A stretch of 63,340 bases of DNA, counting the filler, from Cercozoa sp. M6MM (lineage: Eukaryota; Protista; Endomyxa: Ascetosporea), in assembly GCA_040357565.1 (NCBI GenBank). It is 12 parts of 12 records of this genome, joined end to end, with 100 filler letters (N's around TTAATTAATTAA, not from the genome) between each part and the next. Parts side by side here need not be neighbours in the genome. Positions count along the whole stretch, not along the records: positions 11,381 to 16,150 come from JBDODJ010001056.1; positions 16,251 to 19,501 come from JBDODJ010001538.1; positions 19,602 to 22,692 come from JBDODJ010001614.1; positions 22,793 to 32,203 come from JBDODJ010000484.1; 8 more parts are not named here. The stretch is one strand, 5' to 3'. The notes beneath the pieces were generated by a model. That model had not been told where the DNA came from. It saw only the letters and a program-made list of their open reading frames with translations, and did no database searches. Shown here one piece after another: positions 13,674 to 26,146 of the stretch (the stretch's first letter is position 1; each line of letters starts with the position of its first letter). The translations under genes and the position numbers were made by a program.

Positions 13674-16106
13674 GGATCTCTGTTTATCTGTCTATCTATA
13701 TCTATATATACCTGAAACTTCGTGTACCTGAATGTAGTTGGTTCCACAACCTCACGGAAGTGACGTGGACGAAGGGACACGTCAAACTGCCGCCTGTTTC
13801 TGGTACAGCTAGGCGGACAGTTTGTACCGTCCAGTTGTACCTTTTGGGGAATTGTAGCCATCCCGCGTCTGCGCGTCGCTTTCTTCCTTGCCGATGATCC
13901 CACTGCAAGTACTTTAACTACTTGCCCCCTTCATTTTTACACCCCTTACCCCCCCCCCGTCTGTGCAGTCGAATCGATTCGTGCGTCACAGTTCTTCTTT
14001 AAGGTAGTTTTACACCTTAACATCTTTACCCCCCCCCCCTCACTGCGTTTCTTGGTGTTTCAGGACCTGACGGCCGGCCGAATCGAAGCGGCGCGTTCCA
14101 AGTCGGGCGACGCCTACCTGGACGCTTTGGTACACGATCTGGTCCATATGTACAGTCCCTCAGTTCGTCCATATGCACGGTCTAACTGTCCACTTGTGCA
14201 GGACGCAGGTACCTCGCGTTCGCTGGTGCAATCGCGCGGCGTACTCATGGAGGTGACCTACTACCTGGCTGCCGATGGTACCCCTTTCTGTGCCCATACT
14301 GTCCCGTGCATATGTTGTGCCTGTATTATTGTATAGCCGATGAGGTGACACTGCATGCACTGGCCGCTAGTGGAGTGCGTACGCGCGTCAATGCTACCGT
14401 ATTCCTTTACCCCTTTACCTTCTCTACCCATTTTACCGCTGACCCTGCTTGTGGGCGCAGGTGATCGATGCCGACATCGCACTGGGTAGCACGTGGAGTA
14501 GCCACTCCACTCGAGCCGCCTCCATGCTGCGTACCTACGAGACGGTACAGTGCCACCACCACCTTCGCGCGGATGCACAAATATACGAATGTACAAGTGT
14601 ACAGGCACTCATCTCGCCGGCAGCGACGTCGACTGAACTGAGCGATCGCGAGGCGTTTCCAACCTTCCGGTAGGCGGGTCTGTGTGTGGCTTGGCACTTG
14701 AGATCTAGCTTTGGGTTAGCACGTGGGATGTACGGGTTGGCACGTGTGATGTGAGTGTGTGCTGACAGACGAGTGGTCGGATCGAACCGGTGGCAAAGTT
14801 ACACGCTCGTGTCGACACTGCGCGTGTTCGACTGGCGACAAGTCTACGTCGTGCGCGACACCGAGGCCTACAGCACCGACCTCTACAGTATCCATATGCA
14901 CACACTCATTGGAGGATATAAACTGGGCAGAGGTAAACTGGAATAAACAACTTGGAATGTGTTTGAGCAGACATTTTCACCGATCGCCTCGACGAGTTGA
15001 CAGAGTACACTGTGATCTGGGGGGGGGGGGGGTATGGGGTGGGGGGCGTGGTAACATTGTGTATCGACAGGCGAGGCGACTGGAGTGCGACGATTATTGG
15101 CGAGACCTCCTTTGGTACACTTGTATCGACATATGGACCGATCCTGATACATATTGGACCGTCTCTTTGTGTCTATAGACTCGCGTTTCACAGACGCGCA
15201 GTTCGACAAGGTCGCGCAGAACATCAAAGACACGGTGAGTTTACCCCCGCCTCCCCCACCCCTTTACCCCTATTCCACTGTTAAACAGGTCGGCGCTCTC
15301 GTCATTGTGTTCTTTGGTATTTTTGCCCCTTCACCCCCTCTTACCCTTTACCCTACCCCCCCCCCCCCCGCAGGCTGGGCGTCGGAGATGGTACCGTTGA
15401 TGCAGGCGCTGCAGCGCAAGGGCATGCTCGGCGCGCCCTACTCGCTGCTCACGATTGACGGTGCTGGTATACCGCCCTTGTCTGTCTGTCTGTCCCCTGT
15501 ACTGTAGCCAGGTTGTACCAGTCAAAAATATGTCCATGTACCCCATCGCTTTTTAAAGGCTCGACGGAACTGATCGCCTACATGGCTGAGGAACCGAATC
15601 CTGTTCCACTCGAAGGTAGAGAGCAGACTTGATAACGTTTGAGCCATCCGTTTGGACCATCTGTTTGGATCGATGTTGTTTTTGTTAAAGGCGTGTTTGC
15701 TGTCCGCGCGGTTGCGCCACCGCTGGCGAGCAATCCGGCACGACGTGAATTCGTCGATGAATACTGTGCCGACATTGTGTACCTGAGCCTTTGCCTCGCC
15801 CCCCCCCGCCCCTACCCCCTCCTTTATCCCCTGGTGGCGCAGTGGCCTGACACAGCAGGAGCGTGATTCGATGACCCCCGAGGAGATCTGGGAGCGATGT
15901 ACCACATCAACATTTATAGTATATCATACTATACTACATTGTATTATATTATATTTATATTATACTATATTCTATATGCCATGTTTCTAGTAATGTAATG
16001 TGTGTGTGTGTGTGTGTGGTTTTACTGATACACCGTCATTCCGAGGAAAAAACGCTCAGTGGTACCAGGTGCGCCGCATCGACCGCCATGAGTGACCACA
16101 CGTCGC

Positions 16107-16108
<2 letters not shown>
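11510..16108 (+). CDS. Receptor-like protein with two periplasmic-binding type 1 (ANF_receptor/Venus flytrap) domains; class C GPCR or receptor-cyclase-like ectodomain; partial
   Basis: Domain 1: [85 protein letters not shown]. Domain 2: [57 protein letters not shown]. Confidence 0.8.
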
Positions 16109-16150
<42 letters not shown>

Positions 16151-16250
16151 NNNNNNNNNNNNNNNNNNNNNNNNNNNNNNNNNNNNNNNNNNNNTTAATT
16201 AATTAANNNNNNNNNNNNNNNNNNNNNNNNNNNNNNNNNNNNNNNNNNNN

Positions 16251-16298
<48 letters not shown>

Positions 16299-16299
<1 letters not shown>

Positions 16300-16973
16300 C
16301 TTGCTGCCTTCCTTCGACAACAGCGTCTTGATTTGGCGCAGCATGGACTTGCACACCTGTAGAAACACACACACACACACAGACACACAGACACACTGTA
16401 AACCCGCCCACCTCCAGGAACTCTTGCTACCGACACGGCGGCCTTGTCGACCGTGAAATCGAAGAGTTCCACGTCGAACTGCAGCGTCGACTGTCCAGCA
16501 CAGCACAAATATCTGAGGCTATTAGTACACACTCCCCAAACAAAGGCTACGTTGGGCGGAATTGCAGGCGGTGCACCGGCAGCTCCGTAGGCGTATTCGG
16601 GAGCACTGTATATGCGTATAAGAACAACACTCCCTTAAACACAAAGTTGAATTACCAGGTCAGCATGGCGCGCTCGCCCTTCTGCATCGAGGCGACACCA
16701 ACGTCCCAGCCGCGAATGACGCGACCCTGCTCAAACTGTAACTTAAGGGGCCGAGGGCAAACTGTAACTAGACTAAACACAGCGTACCTGTCCCACCGGG
16801 AAACGGAAGTGCTCGTTGCGGTCGCGCGACGAGTCGAACTGCGTGCCATCCAGCAGCGTGCCTGTGTAGTGCACCACTGCTTCCGTGCCCTTGCACGGAC
16901 GGCCGCCCTCGCCCGGTTGAAGCACCTTCTTCCACAACTGGCCGGCCACTAGTTCCTCCCCGAAATCACTCAT
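16299..16973 (-). CDS. FKBP-type peptidyl-prolyl isomerase (3' partial)
   Basis: Spliced: VVHYTGTLLDGTQFDSSRDRNEHFRFPVGQ|GRVIRGWDVGVASMQKGERAMLTC|APEYAYG..PPAIPPN|STLQFDVELFDF. Confidence 0.95.
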
Positions 16974-17180
16974 TTTCGTACAAACCCGTCTTAACTACAG
17001 ATAATTCGAATATCTTGTGTTAATCCAGCGCTGCTCTTGTTGCGCAGGTGCGAACAGTGCCGTCTCCCCATTCGTACAGATAGATCAAACATTAAAAAAA
17101 TGACACTCGAATTGTAGAGTCACTAGACGTGCTGGCCACTCGAGTGCGTTAGACTTAGTACAGGCACATCAGTGAGGGCA

Positions 17181-18199
17181 ATGGACGAGGACGCTCAACA
17201 GCTCAAGCTGGGCGAAATGTTCCAGGATGTCAGCAAGTCACGGCCGCTTGTGCTGTCCGAGGTAGGCCTGTTAAAGCCGCGCTTACTGTTATCGGTGGAC
17301 TTAATGTTGTGTCCGTGTACAGGTGTACCACTTGCTGGATCGATTAAGAACGGCCCGTGACGAGGACGCTGGTAAGGATGCGTTGGTTGGTTTGTTCGTT
17401 ATTATTTTTCGTATTTTGGGCGTTTCTAGAAACTGGCGCTCAAACCGCGGCCAACAAAATGTGCGCGAAAACACTCGAATTCTGTCGTCGCGCCAGTGGT
17501 AACTTTAGTCCCTCTGTGCCCCTGTTTACCCCCATACCCTGACCCTGACCCTGACCCTGACCCTGACCCTGACCCTGACCCTGACCCTGACCCTGACCAG
17601 GCGGCCGTATTCTCTCCCTGACCGACACGAAGAGTATGCGCAGTTTCCTGACCAACTTTGAGACTCGGTACCTGGGCTTTACCCCTCCTGTTACCCCCCC
17701 CCCTGTTACCCTGTACCTCTGTTACCCTGTGCCTTGATACCCCCTGTACCCCTCCCTCCTCGTTCCTTGAATCCACAGGAAAGGCGATCGGTTGGAGACG
17801 TTTGAAGCCGCTGCCTTTGCCAACTTGCGATGTACCAACCTACTGTTGTGCCTATTCTATTGCTGTGCCTCTTCTATTGCTGTGCCTATTCTATTGTTGT
17901 GCCTATTCTATTGTTGTGTCTATTGTTGGTGTGCCTATTGTACTGTGCTATTGTCGTGCCTATTGTGTGCCGCTACAAATTGGTGTGAACGCAGTGGACA
18001 GCGCACAGGAGGCGTTCACACTGATTCCGACACTGCGTGACAAGGTGGCTACACTCTGTCCCTGTCCCTGTCCCTGTGTGTCTGTTTGTACCGACTATCG
18101 TTGTACCGACTATCGCAGTTTGAAGACGAGGCCGAGATGCAGAGTTTCGTCGATCAGTTCAAACTGTCCTTCGGCGTCCTGTCGGCCGACGAGGAGTAG
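17181..18199 (+). CDS. RPB4: RNA polymerase II subunit RPB4
   Basis: MDEDAQQLKLGEMF..PLVLSEVYHLL..KTLEFC..LETFEAAAFANLRLDSAQEAFTLIPTL matches RPB4 family motifs; six exons. Confidence 0.85.
17537..17596 (+). repeat. (CCCTGA)10 perfect hexamer tandem repeat at the 3' end of an RPB4 intron
   Basis: Ten exact copies immediately before the CCAG acceptor. Confidence 0.95.
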
Positions 18200-18747
18200 T
18201 TTTTTGTTACGCTACTGTTACCGCAAAAGGAGTGACTGACTCAGATTATGCAGTCTCCGCGCGGATAAACCCAGACAGACCAGTTGGTCTCTCATCATTG
18301 AAGCAAAAGAGAAAGAAGAGTTAAGAGTTTGTGGCTCTGCGATTGAGCCTGCCAGTTGGCAAAGAGAAACCCTCATCTACTTGGCATCAGCTGAGCAGGG
18401 GTATTTTTAATCTTCTCACGATTTTCCCTCTGACGAAAGTTTCCGTCTGCAACTCCGTCTAGTTTGACGTAAGAACCCAGTTGGGGTAATTCTTCACTTC
18501 GCTTCTACAAACTGAATCAATCGATCCCTCGCTTCGTCTAATTGACGACTTACTTCTTTTATTTACTTCTTTTCACTGACAACCGTCAGTAACAATGACG
18601 ATCAAAACTACTCATGTTGGTCGCAAGACGCGTTGTTGCAATTGGTCATTGAATCTTGTTTTGACGCTTTGTGGCTCAAACGAACAAGCACGGTCAGAGA
18701 TTTTAAAAGGGTTGACACGGCAGAGAACCTTGTCTTAAAGCCGAGAG

Positions 18748-18799
18748 AATGCTTCAAATCGGTCACCAGTCACAATGCTTCAAATCGGTCACCAGTCAC
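18748..18799 (+). repeat. Exact 26-bp tandem duplication AATGCTTCAAATCGGTCACCAGTCAC x2
   Basis: Seen directly at 18748-18773 and 18774-18799. Confidence 0.95.
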
Positions 18800-19601
18800 A
18801 TGTGTCCGCTACACCAAGCACGCTCGATCGGCATTCTAGTCATGCGCGACATCAGCGCCTTGCAACGTTAACGTCCAGGGGCCCCTACGACAGGTGAGAT
18901 CGACAAGGTGCAAAAGGCATTCAAAAGAGCATGAATGTGAGACACCTCTGCGAGCCCATGAGCGAAATAATGTGCGCATAACGTTTCTACTCACGTAGAG
19001 ATACCTAGCAAAACATATCCTTCACTATTAAGCACACTGGTTCAGATTTGAACGTCCGCGCTGACGAGCAGTCAGATGGCAACTTGACTGGTTGAGAAAC
19101 GCTATCGTATGCCGTAACAGAAGAGTACGGTAATACATTAGGTTAAAGTTACTACGTTACTACCCGACTCGTTCGGTCGGGTATATCATCCTGCGTCAAC
19201 ACAATCCATCGGGGTCGGGACGATTCAGTCGTCGAAATGCAGCACACGCAGCGGCGAATCCTGCGGCACAGATGAACATAGACCCGGTAGAGATAGGGTG
19301 CGTCAGGTGAGGCACAGGCCTCTTTGATAGATAGGTAGATAGGTAGACAGGCTAGTCTCTATGATACATAGGCTAGTCTCTATGATAGATAAGTCTCTAT
19401 GATAGACAAGTCTCTATGATAGACAGGGTAGTCTCTATGATAGATAAGGTACACTGGGTATATAGGGTACATACATAGGGTACATAGTGTCTCCAGAGGG
19501 TNNNNNNNNNNNNNNNNNNNNNNNNNNNNNNNNNNNNNNNNNNNNTTAATTAATTAANNNNNNNNNNNNNNNNNNNNNNNNNNNNNNNNNNNNNNNNNNN
19601 N

Positions 19602-19643
<42 letters not shown>

Positions 19644-21800
19644 ACGCGAAGGGGTGGTACATCCGACACTATCCATCCTTCCAGTACTACGAGGAAAGAC
19701 TTACCATGTGGTACCAGGCGTCATCGTTGCTGTCGAGGTCCGGGTCTGTCCAGACGAGTTAGGTCAACGGGAGGATGGTAGGGGTATACTTATGTTCAGA
19801 AAAAAGGAACCATTAAACTCATTGGCGAGCTGGAGAGCCGCTTGTTCCTTGGTCTGTACAAAAACATTCATCCTATGGGTTTGAAGAGAGTGAGGCATGC
19901 TACATTCAGCGTGATATCAAGGTCCTTGAAGACGCCGCCGTGATCGGGATTTCGCACTGTACAGGCACATCAAATTAGTGTCCAGCAACCCTGACTTAAA
20001 GCGGGAGTGTACGTGCGTATCGCAGTTCCTTTCGCACCCGTCTTGCACCGACTTGCGCACTTGCCTGCGTGAACAGTCGAGTCAGGGAGAAACGCACACG
20101 TGTTTCCGCCGAAAAGATACCTCAGCAAGCAGCAGCGCAGAGGAGTCAGCGCCTGTGAAAAGGAACACGAGGGTAGGTTAAGGGATGAACATGGACAGAG
20201 ACGTGGTACCCAGCAGAATGGGCAGCAGTGAGGTCGCATCGTCTAAAGTGCCTGCCTGGAGCACACGCAAAAGGAAGGGCCGGAACGACGACAGTAGCGA
20301 CACGTGACCCAGCGTCATTGGCGACGACACCAGTGTCTCAGGGGAACGCATGGTCGAAACCACACTACACACCACATGGTCAATCAAGGAAAAAGGCGGA
20401 AGGAAGAAGGTAGACAAGACTACCTATGACCCTGCAGACACAGTTTGAGCAAGAAATGCGCCGATTCTAGGTTCGTTGCGTCAACGGAGAACTCTTGGAA
20501 CACGCGTGTCCACATCGCATCGACCTTGGGAGAGGTAGGTCAAAGTAAGCACACATTTCCAAACCTTTGTACGAGTATGTGTGAGTACCCCCTCCAGTGA
20601 GGCGTATGACGACTGCGACCACCTCAGTAGGGCTTCGTGTACCTCATCGGACCTGGGCAAATCTGTGTTAGCGGCAGAGAGAGGAAGAATGATGTGCAGT
20701 ACACGTCGCTCAACAAGGCGGCATTGCGGCAGAGTATGTCAGCGACCATCGTGGCTGTGCATGGCGCCTCGTATACAGACACAAAAGAGTGCAGGCACAA
20801 GCGAGCACAGTACCTGTGGCATGAGGCAAGTGGCGCAGCAGACGCTGCAACATGTCGGGTGACGAGCACGCCGTCGTTGTGGCACACTGCAGTGCCGCAC
20901 GCACGTGCCACTCACTCAGACCGCGGACTGTATCATCTTTCTCCTTCTCGTCATCATCTTCATCACCAGTGTCAACGTTCCTGTCCGTGTCGGTGTCTTC
21001 AAGTGCAACGGCAAGTGCTTCCACCGCCAGCTTGGGTGGCAGCTGCGCCTGCAGTGCCTTCGTCAGCAGGCCTGGACAGACAGAGATACAGGGAGTTGAC
21101 TACATAGAGAAGGGCAAAAAGAAGGCACCAGCAGCGTCGCCTTGGCTCTTGGCCTGCAGCAACAACGTACGCAACTGCGAAGGTGTGAGTAGCGTCATCT
21201 CGATGCTGTCGGTGAGCGAGTCGCCCACGACCTCGTGCAGCGTGTAGATGTGCGACTCCGACAGTCGGAAGTCGCGCAGCTCTGGCAGTTGCGACTCGTG
21301 CGCAGCGAGCAGGGTGCTAGTGATGAGGGCCACCGACTGCGCCGCCTCGATGCCGCCGACCTCGGCGACACTGCAGCCACGCGAGCGTGGGTCCAGCGAG
21401 TCCAGTGGCAGGGCACTCGTGATGCGCTGGTCCAGCTGGTCCAGCAGCGCTTCGACCTAGGGCAGCAAGATTGTGTCGAGCACAATAACCTCACATAGCA
21501 TGTCGCACTTGGTACCGCATCTCTTCGACCGTCTTTCAATGCGAGATCGCGCAGTCGCTTCCTGTGCGATTCATCACAAGGTAAACCCCCACATCACCAC
21601 CGAGGCACAGAGCTGGTTTTACAGGGGTTCCGACGACAGCGGCTTTACTGCACTTCCAATGGAGTGTTTTTCGACCTCATCGACACTCACTGCGGCTGCT
21701 GCAGTCGCCTGTGCCGACAAAGCAAGTGCCGCATACGGCCAGAAATTAACATCGAAAACATGCACTATCATACCACATTCGCATGCTTCCGCGCCGCGCG
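19602..21800 (-). CDS. Hypothetical multi-exon helical protein (partial)
   Basis: Minus-strand exons (e.g. 21100-21457, 20812-21072) are bounded by GT/AG; no family recognised. Confidence 0.45.
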
Positions 21801-22081
21801 AACAGCACGTCGGATGTGCCTAAGCCCTCCAACGGCCTGCATCACGCGCAAGCACTCAACCTATCCACTCTAGAGACACGAAGTGAGTGCACTGCTGATT
21901 ACAATAATGATAATGCTGCACTGTTAAGGGAACCTCGTTTTTCTGTTGCACTCCATTTCCAGACATTAGGGGCACTCCGTTGAGTTATATTTTGTCTTTA
22001 TGGCATTATAAAGTGCTCTATATTTCACCACGTGTGGGAGGCGGATAAAACGCGGGAATTTCGGAGAACACAGAACACAGC

Positions 22082-22644
22082 ATGGCGTGGCGCTCAGGGG
22101 GCGAATACTACCGTCACAAGGCGCGTCGCATCGAAGGACAGCTGCTTGAGCAGATCGGAGGCCAAGGCAGCGAGATTTTTAACGATGCCTGTATCTGGGT
22201 TAATGGTATCAGAATGTAGCCTCCGATCCCGTCTGGTGAGCTGGCTACCTGGGGTGAAATCTTACGGTAGGACTCACTCATCCGCCACGCCAAGAGTTGG
22301 AGTCGCTCGTTCTCCTTCACGGAGGGAGCATCGCTCGTGAGTTCTGACCCGACTTTGCATGAATGTTGATTGATGACGAGCATTCGTTGTATTGACTCAG
22401 AGATGCAGTCGTCGCGAGTGACTCATGTGATCGCAAGCACCGTGCCGCCTGCAAAGGCCGAAAGCTTCGCACGGGCGAGAAAGGTGAGGTGCGTCTCTCC
22501 TGCCTGGGTACTCGAGTCGATCAAGAGTCGCACGGCGTTGTCACACGAGAAGTTTGAATTGGCGGCGGTGCGCGAGGCCAGGAAGCTACAGAGCAACACT
22601 CTCGAAGCCGCCGTCAACCATCAAAAGCAGCAAGCGTTACCTTC

Positions 22645-22692
<48 letters not shown>
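22082..22692 (+). CDS. REV1: N-terminal BRCT region of a REV1-like translesion polymerase (3' partial)
   Basis: Spliced: GGEYYRHKARRIEGQ..SEIFNDACIWVNG|LTHPPRQELESLVLLHGG..|SSRVTHVIASTVPPAK..VSPAWVLESIK parallels the REV1 N-terminal helix plus BRCT. The polymerase domain is not in the contig. Confidence 0.75.
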
Positions 22693-23194
22693 NNNNNNNN
22701 NNNNNNNNNNNNNNNNNNNNNNNNNNNNNNNNNNNNTTAATTAATTAANNNNNNNNNNNNNNNNNNNNNNNNNNNNNNNNNNNNNNNNNNNNCCCCCCCC
22801 CCGCAGGCGAACTGGCCTGTCGGATGGCACCAGACGTGGTACGTGCCATCGGCGACTATGAGCGCGAAAGCGAGCGCGTGCCGGCGACGCTGCTGGCCGG
22901 CGCCAGGCAGGCCGTCTTTGTGACGCGGCGCTTCCTCGTGGACGCCGCCGATCAAGCTCTCGTGGCCGCCTTCGTGTCGCGCCGCTGACCCACTGCACCT
23001 CTGATACCGTACGATCACTAATCCGATCTAACATACGCGTCAGAGATATGCTAGTTTCTTAGTTCAGTCTCGATTCTAGGGTTTATCCCGGATTGCGTTG
23101 TCTCGTACCATATATTTGTATTCTCCCACAATTTTAATTATTATTAAAAATAACTGCCGTACAGTCTGAACTGCGCTGTCCCGCCCGTATGATT

Positions 23195-25135
23195 TCAGTC
23201 AGTACTGACACCGATCGAAGCCTTCTGGAATCGACGACATCCCTGCATCACAAGTAAATGGAGGCATGATTGAGTATCAGTGGACACAGTAGTCGGCATA
23301 CCTAGTTGTCGCCAGAGCGCTCCCCGACTGAGTCGCTTGTGCGCGCCACTGAAGGCCGCACTGGCGTCGCTCATACGGTGACTGTTTCCGCCACTGCCGT
23401 ACTGCTGGTAGGTGCACATACTGCGTCGGTACCGCGCCACGGCCTGCAGTGCCGTAAAGGGCACTTGGTTTCTGCAACAACTTTCAAGCATACCGAAAGT
23501 GATTCAAACTCGAGGCAGGCACAGAGGGAAAGGTACACTCGCAATTCGCAGAGGAACTTCATGTGTCGCAGACTCCATCGCATGTGAATCCGAATGTCGG
23601 GCAAGTCAGCCGCTTCGTCCATGCCACGGAGTTGTCTGTGTGCACATGTACACATAACGTATAGTACTGTATTGCAGTGACTGACACAGATGCACTCTCT
23701 GCAGTACATGTACCTGGTCAACTGGAGAGTGTGCACGTGTTCCCAGCCACCATTGGGATCCTCGCTTTCAGTCAGTTCCATTCTGTTGAAAAATACACGA
23801 TCATACAGACTAACAACATCTCTGGGATGGAGACGTGGCACTTTTTGTACGCTGTCGAGGTAGCTCGCAGAGAACCCTGTTGTAGCCACTTGCATCGCAC
23901 TCGGTACTCCGACAGTGCTCCTGCAGCACATGGTGTACTGAGACTACATACCGAGAGAACGCCCAAGTACCACAGGCACACAGCGACAGCAAATGCGCTG
24001 TGTCGCCGTCGTCTTCGCAATGTTGGTTCAGTAACTGCTGCACCGACGCAGTTAGCGGCTTTTCTTTGCTGTGTCCGAGGTACGCAATATAAGTGAACAA
24101 AGTGAGAGGATAAAGAACTTACATGTCCAGTGAGACTTGAAGTGACTGTTGCTCGATTCGGAGCACCCACGTCGTTGTGCCGTCGCTCGATGCCTTTCTT
24201 TCCTGCAGATCCAGTTCAACATCAAAAGCAGTGTCAACTTGGACGGGCAGAACTACCCAAGCCTGCATGTCGAACTCGTTTTCGCCAACTGCGCATCGGA
24301 AGATACTTTGTCCGTTCAAAAGTCCAAGTACCCGACAGTTGGGTACCACCAAGGTCGAACGGTTGCGCGAACCAGTCGCTGTGCACAAGGTCGTATCTTC
24401 ACTTTCATCGACTAAAAATAATGCAAGTGTACAGTCGACGATGTCGCTCAGCAAGAACGCTTTCGAACGCGTACTGACGAAGCCGTCCGAACGGCTTTCT
24501 GTAAACAAAGAAACACAAACTGAGAAGCCTTGTCTCTCTTGCTTGTATGAGTGCTACCTGTCGATTTGCAGGTCGTACTTGTACCTGCAGCGATACAGTT
24601 GCATACCAGCACATACATAATTTATGCAGTAGTTTTTTTTAAAGTGCTGGTAGTAAATTACCGCGTGAAGCGAGTAGGTACGTGTGCCGTGTCGAGATTC
24701 GACGCGTGCAGTCGCAGCAGTGTCAGGGCACGTGCCATGTGGTCCAAGTAGGGCAGTACGATGACCATCGCAGAGGAGGAACCGTGAGAACCACGCAGTG
24801 GCATCTACAAGAATCGTATTTCATATCAAGGTATGTCGGGACATTTGTGTGGTACTGTGTATTTCGACAGCTTCGGACGGTGTGCTGGTGTTGCTACCTG
24901 TGCATAAATTGAGTGAAGCACACCCCCCGGACGCAAGGAATCAGTAAATGAAGCCAACCTGCAGAGACACGGTGCCGTGCATACCCTGGAACAGTCACAG
25001 CCAGAGGTATCGAAAGGCACACTACATGGTTGAGACGAGGCATATTTATTTTTGGAGTGAGTACACGACTGTAGCTGTGGTCGGGTTCGATAATCGACAT
25101 TGCTTCCGTATCGTCCCTCTAACACAACCACGGTA
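23195..25135 (-). CDS. Hypothetical multi-exon protein
   Basis: Minus-strand ORF segments (24119-24508, 23371-23931) with intron-like interruptions; boundaries uncertain. Confidence 0.35.
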
Positions 25136-25235
25136 CACTCGAGGGCGCAAGCTATGATTTATCGATACCGACGTGTCGCTTAGATGCCGACGAGGCTTGG
25201 TAGGCTATCCCAGTGTGTGTGTGATGTGTGTGTGT

Positions 25236-25315
<80 letters not shown>

Positions 25316-26105
25316 CGTGCTAGCAGTATCCCAATCGGAAGTATCAAAGAAATACCTGACTGCTGCTACGTCGCTTGCTGTCCATGCTCTCCAACCTGCA
25401 GTTTAGTTAGTGTTTTTTGGGTATTGAAACAACTAAAACAGACCGCGAACGTGACTTGGAGCTCCGCGTCTTGACTCGAGACAGGCGACGTCGCAGTTTT
25501 TGCAGTCGATTGCCTGGCACAAAGGCATCACAATATTCACCAGTAGATGGAAGCATAAACTCACTGATTTTACTGCCGAACAGAAAGGGCCAGTGCTCTG
25601 AGACGACTTCAGCTGTCTCGCTTTCTTTCGTGTCTAGGATAAAGTAATAAAAAGCACACTCAGTTGAAGGGACAACGAGAATTTGAATTTAAAAAATAAT
25701 TTACCCTCGGCATCAAGAAGCGCAGCGTTGTGTTTCTGTGCATCCTGTGGACTGTAGACCGTGTGTCGCAGCACCACTAGCTGCGAGCGGTCACCACACC
25801 TCACGAGCCAGGTGACCACTGTAAATTTACACAAACAATCCCAGCGGAGGATACAAACAAAACCATGGATGTCGGTGACCACAAGTTAGTCAATTAGCAC
25901 CATTGGTGTCGTAAAGTGTGTCGTCGTTGCTGTCAGTGTCACTGTTGGCGTCGACGCTGCTCTTGCGTGCTCTCTGTTAATCATTCAGTGCGGATATGGT
26001 TCTGAACCAACTCGACAATTTGAACTGTCTTACGGCAGCAGAAGGAAGCTGAATCGTTTGAGTCTTTTGCACCTGATGTAAACATACTAGTTTCTACAGT
26101 CGTGA

Positions 26106-26146
<41 letters not shown>

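Noticed and set aside
18826-18838. 13-mer GATCGGCATTCTA shared with 47428-47440
   Set aside because: Many 13-mer pairs are expected by chance in 63 kb, and the similarity does not extend.
19153-19320. Apparent structured RNA (TACCCGAC..GTCGGGTA hairpin)
   Set aside because: It reads as an open minus-strand terminal exon following a repeat-filled intron.
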